DNA of 64,000 nt from Armatimonadota bacterium. Lineage in GTDB: Bacteria > Armatimonadota > DTGP01 > JAKQQT01. The stretch is from assembly GCA_036504855.1 (NCBI GenBank), contig DASXUL010000075.1:12655-76654 (forward strand). The letters are read 5' to 3'. The translations under genes were made by a program, and so were the position numbers. Position 1 is the first letter of the stretch. Every line of letters begins with the position of its first letter. Positions 29,331-40,955 of the stretch are shown in pieces. The notes under the pieces were generated by a model that was given only the letters and a program-made list of their open reading frames with translations, had not been told where the DNA came from and searched no databases.

Positions 29331-32108
29331 TTGCGTACCATGAGGATGAAGCCTCCCGTTGGGCGCGCTGTCGCTACGGCGATGGCGCTCGGTCTTTCGT
29401 TACTCGCGCTGTCCGCATCCGCCCAGACCATTCGCGTTGAGGGCGAGAACTACCTCGCGCCGCCGGACAGTGGCCCAAACCAATCAGACGTCGTCAGCGT
29501 CTTCAACCCCGCGCCCGGCGTCTCGGACATCGAGTTCTTCGTGTGCTGGGACTACGTAGAGTGGGACGTGAACGTTCCCCAGGACGGGACCTATGATGTC
29601 TCCTACCGTTTCGCCTCGGACTGGGGCAAAGGCGCCGCCGGCGACATCTTTCAGACCCTCACGTTCTGGACCTCCAGTCAGCAGGTGGTCGTCAATGATC
29701 TCACCAAAACAAGCGGCTGGGGCGACTTCCAGGTGAAGCCGGTCGCCGCGGGCATTCCGCTGAAAGCGGGCATGAACCGCTTCCGCATCAAGATCACTCC
29801 GGACAATGGTGATGCCAACTTCTTCGGCAGCGGCATGAACCTCGACTATATCGAGCTCACTCGCACCGGAGACTATCCGAACAACTTCGAGGCCGTTACC
29901 GGCGTTGTGACCGCCCCGGTCGATGGAACGCCCACGCCCTTGCGAGGCGCTTACGTGAGCGTTGGCTCTGATTACACGCAAGCGCAGTACCTGACGCGCA
30001 CCGACAGCGCTGGGCACTACACCCTCTATCTGCCGCACGGCGAGCATAACCTGACGGCCTTCTACAATGGATATGACAAGGCCAGCGCCACCGTGACCGG
30101 GGTTGGCTCTCACGATTTCGCGCTCACCTACAGCGGCAAATACGAGGCCGAGCTCTTCCAGATCACTAACCCAGGCCCCGGAGACTCCGAAGGGTTCCAG
30201 CCTGCTTTCAACACATCCCGATCGGGCTCCGGCGTGATGTGGCGACAGGACGGGGACGACAGGGCCGGCAAATACGCCGAATGGCCCAACGTGGTTGCTC
30301 CCACGGCAGGGGTCTATGAGTTCTCCATGAACTACGCTGGCTTCAAGGTCTCCGCCCAGCCCGGCTACGGCCGCTACGCGTGGTCGGCCAACGGAGGCAC
30401 GCCAGTCGAGCTGCGCTATGCCTCCACCGGCGCCGACGCCGTTTCCGCAACGTACAAGGATAGCGGCAAGGTCCTCATCCCATTGCTCGCGGGCGTCAAC
30501 AACCTGCGCCTGGATGACCCGGACGGGGTATCGAAGGCCTTTGTAGACACTTTCACCCTGGCGCCCGCCACGCAGCCGTATGGTTGGATCAAGGTCAAAG
30601 TGGTCCAGGGCGACGTTGCGAAGACGCCTATCCCCGGCGCGTCGGTTTCGATCGACACCGTGGACACTACGGCGGCCGGTTTCGGGTACTCAGCGGCCTC
30701 AGACGCTAATGGCGAGGTGCTCGTTCCAGCGCCGCTGGGAGCCTACACGGTTGTGGCCAGCACGGCCACCGCCGCGCAATCGGCATCCGGTAACGTGAAC
30801 GTGGCGGCTGCCGGCGTTACCTATCCCCTGGAACTCACCCTCACTCTGACCGCTTCGGCGGTTGAGGCCGAGGACTTTGTGGCCGCGGGCCCGGCTGTGC
30901 CCGGCGCGAGTGAGGTGAACATCAACGGGAACCTGGCCGCCTCTGGCGGAAAGGATGTAACCGGCTTCGGCGCGGTGGACCGCCGCGAGTGGCTCGAGTG
31001 GGATGTGCCCGCCGCGGAGGACGGTTTGTATGAGTTAACGGTGCGGTACAAGGTGGAATCGCCGCCCACGAAGGCCATCCTCACGGTCTGGAATACCACG
31101 TTCCAGGCTCCGGAGGCCGATCTCACCTACGCTCCGGCATACGACGATTGGGTCGCCACCAGCACAGCTCCCCTCAAGGCCGGTCTGAACCGCGTGCGCA
31201 TGACGATGACCGCCGGCAGCGTGAGCGTGGACTACATCAAGTATCAGCGCAAGGGCGCACTGCCGGCGCTGGGGACCATCACCGGGAAGATATCCGGCAC
31301 GGATGGAACCGGCGTGGCGGCGGTCGGCAACGCGATGGTCTACACCGGCGGTGACGCGAACTCGGCGGACCACATCACAATGACCGATGCCCTGGGGAAT
31401 TACACGCTCACCTTGCCCGCCGGGGCGAACACAATCAGCGCCAGTTCGCCCGGTTACGTCCCCTCCTCGGGTGATGGCGGCAGTACTGGCGGCGCCGTTA
31501 ACATCACGCTGAACACGAACCTTACCAACGGCTTGCAGGTCGAGGCCGAAAGCGCGCCATCGATGTCCAGCGGCCTGGCGGCCAAGGAAGACCTCGAGGA
31601 TCCGCAACTTCAGACCGTGATCACCAACTCGGGGCCCGGCGCGTGGTTCGATCTGCCGGTGTCCGCTCCGCGGAGCGGCGTCTATCAGGTGGGTATGCGT
31701 TACGCCAGCGGTTGGAACCCCACCGATGGCTTGCCGATCAAGACCAACTGGACACTGAACGGCACTGACTTCCACCTCAACTTCCCCACGACGACGGCCT
31801 GGACGGACTTCCAGATCCTCAACAACGCAGGCACGATCTTGCTGAATGCGGGCCTGAATGCCCTCCGCATCAATTACGTTGATAAGGGCTCCAAGTTCGA
31901 CTACTTTACCCTCACTCGCACAGGCGCGCTGCCTGCGCTCAGTTCGGACATCGACGGCAATGGGATAACGGACATCATCGACGCCGTCATCTACGTCCGC
32001 CGTCTGAGCGGGTTGGATACCGGCGTCAAGAACGACGTGGACGGCAACGGCGTTACCGACATGCAAGACGTCCAGAGGATTCTGAACATCGCGGGCGGCC
32101 GCCTGTAA
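29331..32108 (+). CDS. large secreted multi-domain protein: signal peptide, several CBM-like / carboxypeptidase-regulatory-like beta-sandwich modules, C-terminal dockerin
   Basis: N-terminal '[32 protein letters not shown]'. C-terminal '[17 protein letters not shown]...[17 protein letters not shown]' is a tandem dockerin pair. Confidence 0.6.
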   Translation: MRTMRMKPPVGRAVATAMALGLSLLALSASAQTIRVEGENYLAPPDSGPNQSDVVSVFNPAPGVSDIEFFVCWDYVEWDVNVPQDGTYDVSYRFASDWGKGAAGDIFQTLTFWTSSQQVVVNDLTKTSGWGDFQVKPVAAGIPLKAGMNRFRIKITPDNGDANFFGSGMNLDYIELTRTGDYPNNFEAVTGVVTAPVDGTPTPLRGAYVSVGSDYTQAQYLTRTDSAGHYTLYLPHGEHNLTAFYNGYDKASATVTGVGSHDFALTYSGKYEAELFQITNPGPGDSEGFQPAFNTSRSGSGVMWRQDGDDRAGKYAEWPNVVAPTAGVYEFSMNYAGFKVSAQPGYGRYAWSANGGTPVELRYASTGADAVSATYKDSGKVLIPLLAGVNNLRLDDPDGVSKAFVDTFTLAPATQPYGWIKVKVVQGDVAKTPIPGASVSIDTVDTTAAGFGYSAASDANGEVLVPAPLGAYTVVASTATAAQSASGNVNVAAAGVTYPLELTLTLTASAVEAEDFVAAGPAVPGASEVNINGNLAASGGKDVTGFGAVDRREWLEWDVPAAEDGLYELTVRYKVESPPTKAILTVWNTTFQAPEADLTYAPAYDDWVATSTAPLKAGLNRVRMTMTAGSVSVDYIKYQRKGALPALGTITGKISGTDGTGVAAVGNAMVYTGGDANSADHITMTDALGNYTLTLPAGANTISASSPGYVPSSGDGGSTGGAVNITLNTNLTNGLQVEAESAPSMSSGLAAKEDLEDPQLQTVITNSGPGAWFDLPVSAPRSGVYQVGMRYASGWNPTDGLPIKTNWTLNGTDFHLNFPTTTAWTDFQILNNAGTILLNAGLNALRINYVDKGSKFDYFTLTRTGALPALSSDIDGNGITDIIDAVIYVRRLSGLDTGVKNDVDGNGVTDMQDVQRILNIAGGRL

Positions 32109-32136
32109 GGGCTGCTCCACATCCGGATGGATCGCC

Positions 32137-32168
32137 GTTTCGGGGCCGGAGCGCCGGCCCCGAAGCGG
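32137..32168. terminator. GC hairpin terminator
   Basis: CGTTTCGGGGCCGG-agcg-CCGGCCCCGAAGCG. Confidence 0.45.
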
Positions 32169-32187
32169 CGCTGGTAGGGAGGCACGT

Positions 32188-32955
32188 ATGAAGCGCAAGC
32201 AGTCACGCGCTTTTACACTGATCGAGTTGCTGGTGGTGATCGCGATCATAGCGATTCTGGCCGCCATTCTCTTCCCCGTGTTCGCGCGGGCGAGGGACCG
32301 CGCCAAAGCGACCGCGTGCATCAACAACGAAAAGCAGATCGGCATCGCCCTACAGATGTACGCCTCGGATAACGACGAAACCTACCCGCCAAACCGGTTC
32401 TACCTCCCCAACGAGGGGGCCTGGACGGGGCGCATCTGGAAAGATGCCCTGGATCCGCTTGTTAAGAGCAAGGATGTGTGGGCGTGTCCATCGAATACCT
32501 ACGCCTGGGCCAAGGGGACGGGAAGCACAACCGCGGGTGATGAAACCGGTCGCTTCCCGCGCTCCTACGCCTACAACGGCACCGTCTTCCACGTGGGCGA
32601 CGCCGAGCGCAAGGGCCTGCCCCTCACCTCGTTCAAGGCGCCGGCCAATACGATCCTCATGATGGAGTCTCGGTATCCCTTCGCGGATGTCGGCGCCTAC
32701 GGCTCGAACTACCCGGGTTGGCTCCTGGATCATAACCCTCAGTACTTCTCGGGCACGCCTCCCGCCAACAAGGGCGCGTTCCAAACCCATCAGAACGGGC
32801 TCATCAACTTCATCTTTGCCGATACCCACGTACAGGCGTTGAAATTCACGAAGACGATGACCCCCGTGAACATGTGGGAAAAGACGCCGGGCGACCTCCA
32901 GGCGCAGTATGACGATTGGGTGCAACCGAACAAACTGATCAAGGAGTATCAGTAG
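32188..32955 (+). CDS. prepilin-type N-terminal cleavage/methylation-domain protein, H-X9-DG/DUF1559-like (second copy)
   Basis: [40 protein letters not shown]-terminal H-X9-AD variant ([14 protein letters not shown]). GGGAGG RBS. Confidence 0.75.
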   Translation: MKRKQSRAFTLIELLVVIAIIAILAAILFPVFARARDRAKATACINNEKQIGIALQMYASDNDETYPPNRFYLPNEGAWTGRIWKDALDPLVKSKDVWACPSNTYAWAKGTGSTTAGDETGRFPRSYAYNGTVFHVGDAERKGLPLTSFKAPANTILMMESRYPFADVGAYGSNYPGWLLDHNPQYFSGTPPANKGAFQTHQNGLINFIFADTHVQALKFTKTMTPVNMWEKTPGDLQAQYDDWVQPNKLIKEYQ

Positions 32956-33073
32956 GCAGGAAGAGCCCCGTCCGAGGAAGGGCGGGCAGCCGGCGTTCGG
33001 GTTATCGCCCCTGGAACGCTAATCCGGGCGCTGGGTGAGGGGACGGCCGGCGCGCCCCTCGCCCGCCGCCCCT

Positions 33074-34831
33074 CTACTCCGCCTTTGCGGTCGCCGAGCG
33101 CGCGGAGATGCCGTTCTCGTTAAACGCCTCGATCTGGAAGTAGTACGTTCGGTCGCGGTCCATCGCTCGGAAGTAGTACTCATTGGCGCCGTAGAGCATC
33201 ACGCTGGTGTACATCTTGTCCGGCGCCATGCCGGCGTAGATGACGTAGCCCGAAGCATCCGGCGAGGCCTGCCACTTGATCCACGCATTGCGCCGCTCCG
33301 CGCCGCTCTCCTGGTCGGCGCGCAGCACGACGAAGTTACGAACGGGCTCCGGCTTCGTCCCGTGGCCGTTCCCGAACACGCGCAGCCCGCTGATAGCGAA
33401 CTTCCCGGTGGCCATGTGCACGTTCTCCATTCGGAGATACCGCGCTTCCACCGGCTGCTCCAGCTCCACGTAGTCGTGCGGCACGTCCGTTCGGTTGCTG
33501 CTCTTGTCCACGATGGTCCGCCAGGTTTTGCCGTCCTGGGAGGCGAGGATGCGGTACTGGTGGTACAGGCCGGGGACCTTCCCCATGATTTCGGCGTCCT
33601 GATCCGCGTAGTTGACCTGGATCGCCCGGACGGTGGACACGTCGCCAAGATCCGTCTGGATCCACTCGCCGGGGTCGGCGGTTCGGGCGCTCCAGTACGT
33701 CTTGATGTCCTCGTCCACGGCCAGGTTCGGGGCGAAACCACCCAGGGTGGATGACACGGTGACGGGCTTGTAGGCGTTGAGGAGCATCCAACCGGCGAAC
33801 GCGCCGCCCAGATGGTCTTCACCGGCCGCGTGGGGAAGCCGCGTGGGGTAGTCGCCGTAGGCGGTATTGCAGTACATCACGCCGTCCCTGTCGAACCCGG
33901 CCGGCCAGATCCCGTTGCGTCGCTCGAAGTTGTTCTTCACGGCGATGGTGATGGTGGAGACGTGCCACCAGTTGCCGAGCAGGTCCTGATAGGTTGCGCC
34001 GTGGCCCGCGCCGCGCGCGAACCCGCCGGGCTTGTAGGAGATGGGGTTGTGGGCCTGATAGGTGAAAGGCCCCAGCGGCTTGTCTCCCACGTACACGCCG
34101 TCGGCGTAACCGCTGAACTCAGTGCCGGGCGAGGCGTACTGCAAGTAGTACTTGCCGTCATGCTTCGTCATCCAGGCGCCCTCGATGAACGGTTTCAGGA
34201 ACGTGTTGTCGTTCGCCTCCCCGAAGCGCTCCCAGCCGTGGAGATGGTCCCGGAGGCGGATCATGGGTTGGTGCTCTCCGATAGGTTGCAGCGTCTTCGC
34301 GTCGATCTCCCAACCGTAGAGCGGCAGGTCGTTGCCGGATCCATGGTAGAGATAGAGGCGGCCATCGTCGTCCACGAAGAACGCTGGGTCCCATGCGCCG
34401 GCCTGGAATTTCGGCACGGCCACCGTCCAGTCATCCACGCGAGGGTTCGCGCTCTTCCAGAGCGGAAATTCCTTGGTGTAGGTGGATCCGATGACGTAGA
34501 GGGCGTCCCCCATCACGAATGGGGCGGGCGCGCAGAGTTCATCGTAGGTATCGATGCCGGCCGGAACGAACTTGCGGGGAACGAAGTTCCAGTGGAACAT
34601 GTCTTCGCTCCACCAGTAGCCCCACTGGTTGGTGGAGAAGAGATAGTAGGCCCCTTTGAAGACGACGATGGCCGGGTCGGCGGTAGCGCGGTGTTTGCCC
34701 TGCTGAACGAAGTTGGGAATGGGGCAGAAGCCGTAATCGATGTTGATGGGGTTGCAGTAGGTCTTCTGCGCGGCGAATACGGGCGTCGAGATGAGGATCA
34801 TCGCCAGGGCCGCCGGTGCGAGGACAGACAT
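33074..34831 (-). CDS. secreted glycoside hydrolase (GH43-like five-bladed beta-propeller arabinofuranosidase/xylosidase family) with C-terminal F5/8-type-C (discoidin) and FN3-like domains
   Basis: Signal peptide MSVLAPAALAMILISTPVFAA. 'DPAIVVFKGAYYLFST' resembles the GH43 N-terminal Asp motif. The family assignment is tentative. Confidence 0.5.
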   Translation of the reverse strand: MSVLAPAALAMILISTPVFAAQKTYCNPINIDYGFCPIPNFVQQGKHRATADPAIVVFKGAYYLFSTNQWGYWWSEDMFHWNFVPRKFVPAGIDTYDELCAPAPFVMGDALYVIGSTYTKEFPLWKSANPRVDDWTVAVPKFQAGAWDPAFFVDDDGRLYLYHGSGNDLPLYGWEIDAKTLQPIGEHQPMIRLRDHLHGWERFGEANDNTFLKPFIEGAWMTKHDGKYYLQYASPGTEFSGYADGVYVGDKPLGPFTYQAHNPISYKPGGFARGAGHGATYQDLLGNWWHVSTITIAVKNNFERRNGIWPAGFDRDGVMYCNTAYGDYPTRLPHAAGEDHLGGAFAGWMLLNAYKPVTVSSTLGGFAPNLAVDEDIKTYWSARTADPGEWIQTDLGDVSTVRAIQVNYADQDAEIMGKVPGLYHQYRILASQDGKTWRTIVDKSSNRTDVPHDYVELEQPVEARYLRMENVHMATGKFAISGLRVFGNGHGTKPEPVRNFVVLRADQESGAERRNAWIKWQASPDASGYVIYAGMAPDKMYTSVMLYGANEYYFRAMDRDRTYYFQIEAFNENGISARSATAKAE

Positions 34832-35026
34832 TGTGAGTTCCCCCTAGACGGTTGAGGCGCCGAGCTTACGCGACTCTGGAATGCCCCCAGCCCGGCTTGC
34901 CATCCAGTCTAGCGACCGCTCCGGCGGGCCGCACAGCGCGCGGCGATGGCTCCGCGTTCTCACCTCGCCCCGCGCTAGACTGTTCCTATTGCGCGACCAA
35001 TGGGCCGCGCCAAAGGAGCATACGAC

Positions 35027-36763
35027 ATGCGAATGAGCCATCACTTCGGGGAGACGTTGCGGGCGGCGCCGGGCGATGCGGATGTGGTTGGACATCAACT
35101 ATTGCTGCGGGCCGGCTACATCCGCCCGCTGGCGGCCGGCATCTTCAGCTACCTGCCGCTGGGCCTGCGCGCCATGCGCAACATCGAGGCGATCATCCGC
35201 CAGGAGATCGAGGCCATCGGCGGGCAGGAAGTCTCCATGCCGGTGGTCCACCCGGCCGAGGTCTGGCGGGAAACGGGACGCTGGCAGGAGATCGGCGAGG
35301 AGATGGCGCGATTCAAGGACCGCGCCGGCCGCGACATGGCGCTGGCGATGACCCACGAAGAAGTGGTGGCCGACCTCGTTCGTCGCGAGGTTCACTCGTA
35401 CCGGCAGCTCCCCATGCTGATCTACCAGATACAGACGAAGTTCCGCGACGAGCGACGGCCCCGCGCCGGCCTGATCCGGGTGCGCGAGTTCACGATGAAG
35501 GACTCCTATAGCCTGGATGCGGACGATGAGGGGCTGGCGACGCAGTACGCGCGGCACCTGGAAGCCTACCATCGCATCTTCCAGCGAGTGGGCCTGCCGA
35601 ACGTCATCGCCGTTTGCTCCGACACCGGGATGATGGGCGGCAAGATCGCCCACGAGTTCATGTACCTCACGGAGATCGGGGAAGATACCCTGGCGCTGTG
35701 CGATGCCTGCGGCGCTTCCGCGAACCTTCAGGTGGCGTCTTTCCGCAAGCCCGCCGCCGTCCCCGAGGCGCTCCGGCCGTTGGAGAAGGTGGCCACGCCG
35801 GGAACGACCAGCATCGAGTCGCTGGCCGCCTTCCTGGGCGTGCCCGCCGAACGGACCGCCAAGGCCGTGTTCTTCACCGCCAGCCTGCCGGACCCGGAAC
35901 CCAAGGCGGCCGGCGCATCGCGCGACGCGCTGCTGATGGCGCTGGTTCGCGGCGACATGGACGTTAACGAAACGAAGCTCGCCAACGCGTCCGGCGCGCG
36001 CTCCTTGCGGCCCGCCACGGAGGCGGAGATCCGGGCAGCCGGCGCCGTTCCGGGCTACGCCTCCCCCATCGGCATGGACCGCGCCAACGCCATAGTCGTC
36101 ATCGACGATCTCGTGGCCGCCTCTCCGAACCTCGTCTCCGGCGCCAACGAGGAGGGGTTCCACTACCTGAACGTGAACGCCGGCCGCGACTATGCGCCGG
36201 ACGCAACGGCGGACATCGCCTCGGCCTGGGAGGGCGCGCCCTGCCTGGAGTGCGGCGCGCCGTTGCGCCTGGTCCGCGGCGTGGAGGTGGGCAACATCTT
36301 CCAGTTGGGCACGCGCTACACCGAGGCCATGGGCGCCACTTTCCTGGATGCGGAAGGCCAGGCGCGTCCGGTGGTGATGGGCTCCTACGGCATCGGCATC
36401 GGCCGCCTGCTGGCCTGCCTCGCCGAGGCGCATCACGACGACCGCGGCCTCACCCTGCCCGCCGCCGTGGCCCCCCACTCCGTTCACCTCGTGCGGTTGT
36501 GCGACAAGGACCCGCAGGTGGAGGCCGCCGCCGAGGAGTTGTACGCCGCCCTCATCGAAGCGGGCGTTGATGCGCTCTACGATGACCGCGACGCCATGGC
36601 CGGTGTGAAGTTCGCGGACGCCGACCTGATCGGCATCCCTCTGCGCGTCACCGTCAGCGCCCGCGCGCTGAAGGCCGGCGGCGCCGAACTGAAGCGCCGC
36701 GCCGAAACGGAAACCCGCATCGTGCCGCTGAATGAGGTGATGGAAGTCGTCAGTCGTCAGTGA
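35027..36763 (+). CDS. proS: prolyl-tRNA synthetase (bacterial type with editing domain)
   Basis: Collinear with bacterial ProRS (MRMSHHFGETLR...HQLLLRAGYIR...FADADLIGIP). The last 5 codons (VVSRQ*) are supplied by a CAGTC repeat element. Confidence 0.85.
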   Translation: MRMSHHFGETLRAAPGDADVVGHQLLLRAGYIRPLAAGIFSYLPLGLRAMRNIEAIIRQEIEAIGGQEVSMPVVHPAEVWRETGRWQEIGEEMARFKDRAGRDMALAMTHEEVVADLVRREVHSYRQLPMLIYQIQTKFRDERRPRAGLIRVREFTMKDSYSLDADDEGLATQYARHLEAYHRIFQRVGLPNVIAVCSDTGMMGGKIAHEFMYLTEIGEDTLALCDACGASANLQVASFRKPAAVPEALRPLEKVATPGTTSIESLAAFLGVPAERTAKAVFFTASLPDPEPKAAGASRDALLMALVRGDMDVNETKLANASGARSLRPATEAEIRAAGAVPGYASPIGMDRANAIVVIDDLVAASPNLVSGANEEGFHYLNVNAGRDYAPDATADIASAWEGAPCLECGAPLRLVRGVEVGNIFQLGTRYTEAMGATFLDAEGQARPVVMGSYGIGIGRLLACLAEAHHDDRGLTLPAAVAPHSVHLVRLCDKDPQVEAAAEELYAALIEAGVDALYDDRDAMAGVKFADADLIGIPLRVTVSARALKAGGAELKRRAETETRIVPLNEVMEVVSRQ

Positions 36764-36820
36764 TCAGTCATCAGTCCGGAGGGCGACCGCAAGGGTATGC
36801 CTTCCGGACTGATGATCTAG
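36746..36820. repeat. CAGTC/GACTG stop-rich repeat element (family copy b) overlapping the proS stop; left edge of the lower-GC island
   Basis: gtcgtcagtcgtcagtgatcagtcatcagtccgga-gggcgaccgcaagggtatgcc-ttccggactgatgatc. Confidence 0.6.
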
Positions 36821-37216
36821 GTCTCAGCCTCAAGACAGCGCCGCCTAGACGAGCGCAGGAGATGGAGGGCGTTCCTGGCTGTGCTGAACGAAAGGGCTAC
36901 GCTGATGTTTGCGTCGCGTAGTTTGGAGCGCGTGGGCGTTGGCCCCTAACGCGCCCCATGCTTACCACGGCCCAGACCTACCCGGGCTACAGGGCTTTCG
37001 CAACGAGCTCCGCGACTTTGGGAAGGGGCGGCATGGGCGAAACTGCGCTAGGATTGGAGAAGCGTTGATCATCCTTTTTGCTACGGAGCCACTGGCAGCG
37101 CCTACTCGGGGCAGAACCGCAGTTGGAAGCCGACATGCTGACGGGCACCCCAGCAGATTATGACACCGTCGACCGATAATCAGGCTTGTGGTACCTAGAT
37201 TTCGCAGGTACCTACG

Positions 37217-38416
37217 ATGTGCCAGACTGTGCCACAGAGCTATTCGCCGATACTTATGAGTACTACATTGAACCCTGCCATTGGACTCCTGAATTGGCAT
37301 CCGAGACAGACACTGGCCGAGATGACCGAAATCTACCTAGCGGATGAGCGTCCATGGATCATCGCATACAGTGGCGGCAAAGACTCCACAGCGGTAGTCC
37401 AGCTAGCGTATACGATGCTCTTTCGGTTGCCAGAACAATCCCGCACCAAGTCGATTTCCGTCATCAGCAATGATACCTTGGTCGAGGCACCCCCCGTCGC
37501 CGAGCACCTTCGCTCTTCCCTCGCCTCCATGGAGAGGGCCGCGATCAGGGACCAACTCCCTATTACCTTCGCCGTTACGACCCCAGAGCTCAAGAACCGA
37601 TTCTTTGTCAAGGTCATCGGTCGAGGGTACCCGGCGCCAAATCGCTATTTCCGCTGGTGCACCGACAAGATGAAGATTGGCCCGACCAGTGACTTTATCC
37701 GGCGCAAGATCAGTGAAGACGGCGAAGTCAATATACTTCTGGGGACCAGGCGCGCTGAGAGTTCTCAGAGGGCAAAGAGCATTGATAAGCACAAGGCACA
37801 GCATGGAATGGGTGCGCTGCGCGCCCACCCGAGTCTGGCAGGGGCTAAGGTGTACGCCCCGATTGAATCGTTGGAAACGGACGATGTATGGGCATACCTT
37901 CTAAGCTACCCGCCACCTTGGGACAAGCCGAATCGGGATCTCTGGGTCTTGTACGGGAAGGCCAGTGGGGTTGAGTGTCCAATCGTTCTCGACAAGACCT
38001 CTCAACCTTGTGGTGCAGGACGATTCGGGTGCTGGACGTGCACCGTAGTTCAAAAGGACAAGTCCCTTCAAGGTTTGGTTGACAATGGAGAGGAGACGCT
38101 CGAACCATTACTCGATTTCCGTGATTGGCTTAAGGGCTACCGTGATGACGTGAGTGTTCGCGAACCAACACGACGCAACGGGCGGCCAGGACCCGGACCG
38201 TTTACTCTTGCGGCACGGCAGACCATCTTGAACCGCCTAGTTCTGGCAGAACAGGAATCTGGGTTGATTCTACTGCACCCCGACGAACTAGAGGCAATCG
38301 CCGATCTATGGAGGGAAGATGGATTCGACGGCGAGATCTCGCCGAGCTCGCCACGCTATGGGGTTCCTAACGGAGGGCTAGAGGAGCGCAATCTACAGGA
38401 GGCTACCTACCGATGA
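37217..38416 (+). CDS. PP-loop ATP-pyrophosphatase, PAPS-reductase/DndC-like, with a C-terminal Cys cluster
   Basis: PP-loop 'IIAYSGGKDSTAV'. 'PCGAGRFGCWTCTVV' Cys motif as in DndC-type enzymes. Lower GC (~52%). Confidence 0.6.
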   Translation: MCQTVPQSYSPILMSTTLNPAIGLLNWHPRQTLAEMTEIYLADERPWIIAYSGGKDSTAVVQLAYTMLFRLPEQSRTKSISVISNDTLVEAPPVAEHLRSSLASMERAAIRDQLPITFAVTTPELKNRFFVKVIGRGYPAPNRYFRWCTDKMKIGPTSDFIRRKISEDGEVNILLGTRRAESSQRAKSIDKHKAQHGMGALRAHPSLAGAKVYAPIESLETDDVWAYLLSYPPPWDKPNRDLWVLYGKASGVECPIVLDKTSQPCGAGRFGCWTCTVVQKDKSLQGLVDNGEETLEPLLDFRDWLKGYRDDVSVREPTRRNGRPGPGPFTLAARQTILNRLVLAEQESGLILLHPDELEAIADLWREDGFDGEISPSSPRYGVPNGGLEERNLQEATYR

Positions 38417-38919
38417 CCGCAGATCAAGATTGTGACAGGCGAGACGGCTGGTTTGAATTTGGCCAGCAGCTTAAGTTGCGGGCAACGTGTCCATTCCATA
38501 GCCCTGCGGCAGTGTGGTATTTCCTATCAGTTATACTTGCGGTGAATGCCGTGTCAATCTGGCTATCGTACTCCTCACGGGGGACAGATGTGATTCCGTC
38601 GTCGATTCCCAGGCATATTGCCGTAACGGCGGTGGGGTTGCTTACGGCTGCAGCTGCGGACTTGGTTCTGGAGGCGGATTCGAAGACATCATTGCGAGCG
38701 TTCTGGACTGCCCTACTGATTTTTGGAGTCATCGCCATTGGATTTGCACACACGACCGGGTCCTGGTGGTCGTGGGGAGCAGCTGTTGGCGGTGTAACAA
38801 TCGCCTGCTTCATGTGGTGGTGCAGCACCGGAAACCGCCTGAATCTCCAGGACCGCGCAATCACGCCCCCTGGCGGTGATGGGCCACCCAGCGGAACAAC
38901 CGAAGGATACCAAGTATGA
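38413..38919 (+). CDS. small integral membrane protein (4 predicted TM helices), coupled between the DndC-like and DGQHR genes
   Basis: Overlapping start and stop codons on both sides. Hydrophobic helices. Confidence 0.5.
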   Translation: MTADQDCDRRDGWFEFGQQLKLRATCPFHSPAAVWYFLSVILAVNAVSIWLSYSSRGTDVIPSSIPRHIAVTAVGLLTAAAADLVLEADSKTSLRAFWTALLIFGVIAIGFAHTTGSWWSWGAAVGGVTIACFMWWCSTGNRLNLQDRAITPPGGDGPPSGTTEGYQV

Positions 38920-40229
38920 ACATCGAATCAGCGATATGCCCGTACCTGGCCCCAGCCATCCGGATCGAACAGCCATTGGGTGAGTTCTTTGTGGCGGCGA
39001 TTCCCGCCCGAGTGCTCCTTGCTACGGCGTTCACAAACTACTTTCGTATTCCTAAGAGGGATCCACAGATCGAAGCGTATCCGGCAATCGGGCTGCAGCG
39101 GGCAAAGAGTGATCATCGACTGCGGGAGTTGGAAAGATATATTCAGTCAGTGGATGCTGCCTTTCCGAATTCGATTATTCTCGCAGCGAACGAGGCGAGC
39201 AGTGGGCAGCCGCCAATCCAGGAGTCTGAGCAGTGGAGCATCGTTACTACTGGGAACGAGGGACTGGCACTGCGGATCCCGACGCTTCGCGAAGCTGCTA
39301 GCATTATCGACGGCCAGCACCGCTTAGAGGGGTTCCGAAATGTGCCTGAGGATCAAAAGGGCATGGCACTGCTCTGCGCAGTCTATTTCGACTTGCCTGT
39401 TGCTTACCAAGCATACGTCTTCGCCACGATCAACTTCAACCAGAAGAAAGTGGACCGAAGTCTCGCTTACGACCTATTCGGATATGCGATAGAGAACGAA
39501 CCTCCTAATGCGTGGACCCCGGACGTTCTGGCCGTCTACATAACTCGAAGGCTCAACATGGACCCCGAGTCTCCTCTCCATAGGCGTATCATTGTTGCAG
39601 CCAAGGACTCCGATGCCCTATTCTCGACTCCACTTGGAAAGGGTGAATGGCGCGTATCTACTGCCACAGTCGTAGACGGAGTTCTGAGGTTAGTGTCTGC
39701 ACACCCGTCTCTTGACCGCGATCGCATGCGAACGGCTCCGATCGCCAAGAGAAGCCGACAAATGTTGAGTGTCGACAGCGCACCATTCCGAAAAGCGTTT
39801 CTTGAGGGAAATGACATCCTGGTTTACCTCGCCACTGTCAATTTCCTCAATGCGCTTCAGCATATCGTCTGGGTGGATCAGCCGAGAGAGTCGTTTCTAT
39901 TCAAAACGGTCGGCATTCAGGCATCGTTCGAGCTCTTGGCCGAGTTGATTCCGCTTTGCCTAGCTAACTCGGACTTTCGCTATGATCTTTTCGCGCGGAT
40001 TCTGGAGGGTGTCGGGACCTGTGACTTCTCGCAGCCGTTCTTCCAGCAGTCGTCTTCGGTAGGTCGCATTCGGATATTGCAGTGCCTGCGCTATCTAGTA
40101 GGGCTCGTCGACATTAACGGCCTTCCAGAAAGGGACAACGAGCTGTATCGCGGCGCCCTGAAGAGTAGCCGTCAATCGACCTTTCAGATTCGTGAAAGCA
40201 ATCCCAACCAGGGAAGCTCTAGAGCATAG
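38916..40229 (+). CDS. DGQHR-domain protein (DndB-like family)
   Basis: An explicit 'IIDGQHRLEGF' motif. ~437 aa, matching DndB-family size. Confidence 0.65.
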   Translation: MNIESAICPYLAPAIRIEQPLGEFFVAAIPARVLLATAFTNYFRIPKRDPQIEAYPAIGLQRAKSDHRLRELERYIQSVDAAFPNSIILAANEASSGQPPIQESEQWSIVTTGNEGLALRIPTLREAASIIDGQHRLEGFRNVPEDQKGMALLCAVYFDLPVAYQAYVFATINFNQKKVDRSLAYDLFGYAIENEPPNAWTPDVLAVYITRRLNMDPESPLHRRIIVAAKDSDALFSTPLGKGEWRVSTATVVDGVLRLVSAHPSLDRDRMRTAPIAKRSRQMLSVDSAPFRKAFLEGNDILVYLATVNFLNALQHIVWVDQPRESFLFKTVGIQASFELLAELIPLCLANSDFRYDLFARILEGVGTCDFSQPFFQQSSSVGRIRILQCLRYLVGLVDINGLPERDNELYRGALKSSRQSTFQIRESNPNQGSSRA

Positions 40230-40253
40230 GCGTTCATAGATAGGAGACACGCT

Positions 40254-40955
40254 ATGAGACACACCGAAGCAGAGGAGGAAACTCATCGGTTCTATGAGAC
40301 CAGAGGATGCCACTGGTCGTCCACGAGATTGGCCGCGGATTACTGGGAACCGGAGCTTTGTCAGTTTCGCCAGTTATTGGCTTCTGGGAGCATCCTTGAC
40401 GCAGGTTGCGGAAACGGCCGCGATTACGACTTTTTCCGCCGGGTTGGCTATTCATACACCGGCATTGATGTCTCCAGCCAAATGCTTGCAATTGCCCGGG
40501 ACAACCATCCAGATGGCGCGTTTGCCAGCATGGATGTCTGTGATCTTGCGTTTGATTCGCTAGCATTCGATGGCATCTGGTGCGTTGCCGTTCTACTGCA
40601 TTTTCCTAAAGCTGTGGTTGATCGTCCTCTTCAGGAGTTGTGTCGCGTACTCCGAAAAGGCGGCGTTGTCTTTTTCGCGGTTCGTGACGGAAGCCGCGAG
40701 TACATGAGCGAGGAACAAGAAGGCACACAGAGATTCTTTGCCGAGTATTCGGTAGACGAGCTTTCGGACCGATTGTCTCAGAGTGGATTGACGCCGATCC
40801 ACGTTTGTACGCGGGATGCTCCAGGTGAAGATCAGGCTCGGTGGACCACCGCATTTGCGGTCAAGGGCGAAGTTGAGGGAAGCCATCAGGAGGTCATGGG
40901 TGGACACAAGAGTTCGCACCGTCACGATTCGATCATTCAACAAGTTTCATTCTGA
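40254..40955 (+). CDS. class I SAM-dependent methyltransferase
   Basis: Motif I 'ILDAGCGNGRD'. Motif post-I/II 'GIDVS', 'FDGIW'. Confidence 0.7.
   Translation: MRHTEAEEETHRFYETRGCHWSSTRLAADYWEPELCQFRQLLASGSILDAGCGNGRDYDFFRRVGYSYTGIDVSSQMLAIARDNHPDGAFASMDVCDLAFDSLAFDGIWCVAVLLHFPKAVVDRPLQELCRVLRKGGVVFFAVRDGSREYMSEEQEGTQRFFAEYSVDELSDRLSQSGLTPIHVCTRDAPGEDQARWTTAFAVKGEVEGSHQEVMGGHKSSHRHDSIIQQVSF

Noticed and set aside
35099-36487. 462-aa minus-strand ORF
   Set aside because: Antisense to proS.
40816-40955. 140-nt overlap between the MTase and FRG-domain ORFs as a programmed frameshift or fusion
   Set aside because: The evidence is not sufficient. It is more likely that the FRG gene uses a non-canonical or unrecognised start. 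I report it as start-uncertain instead.
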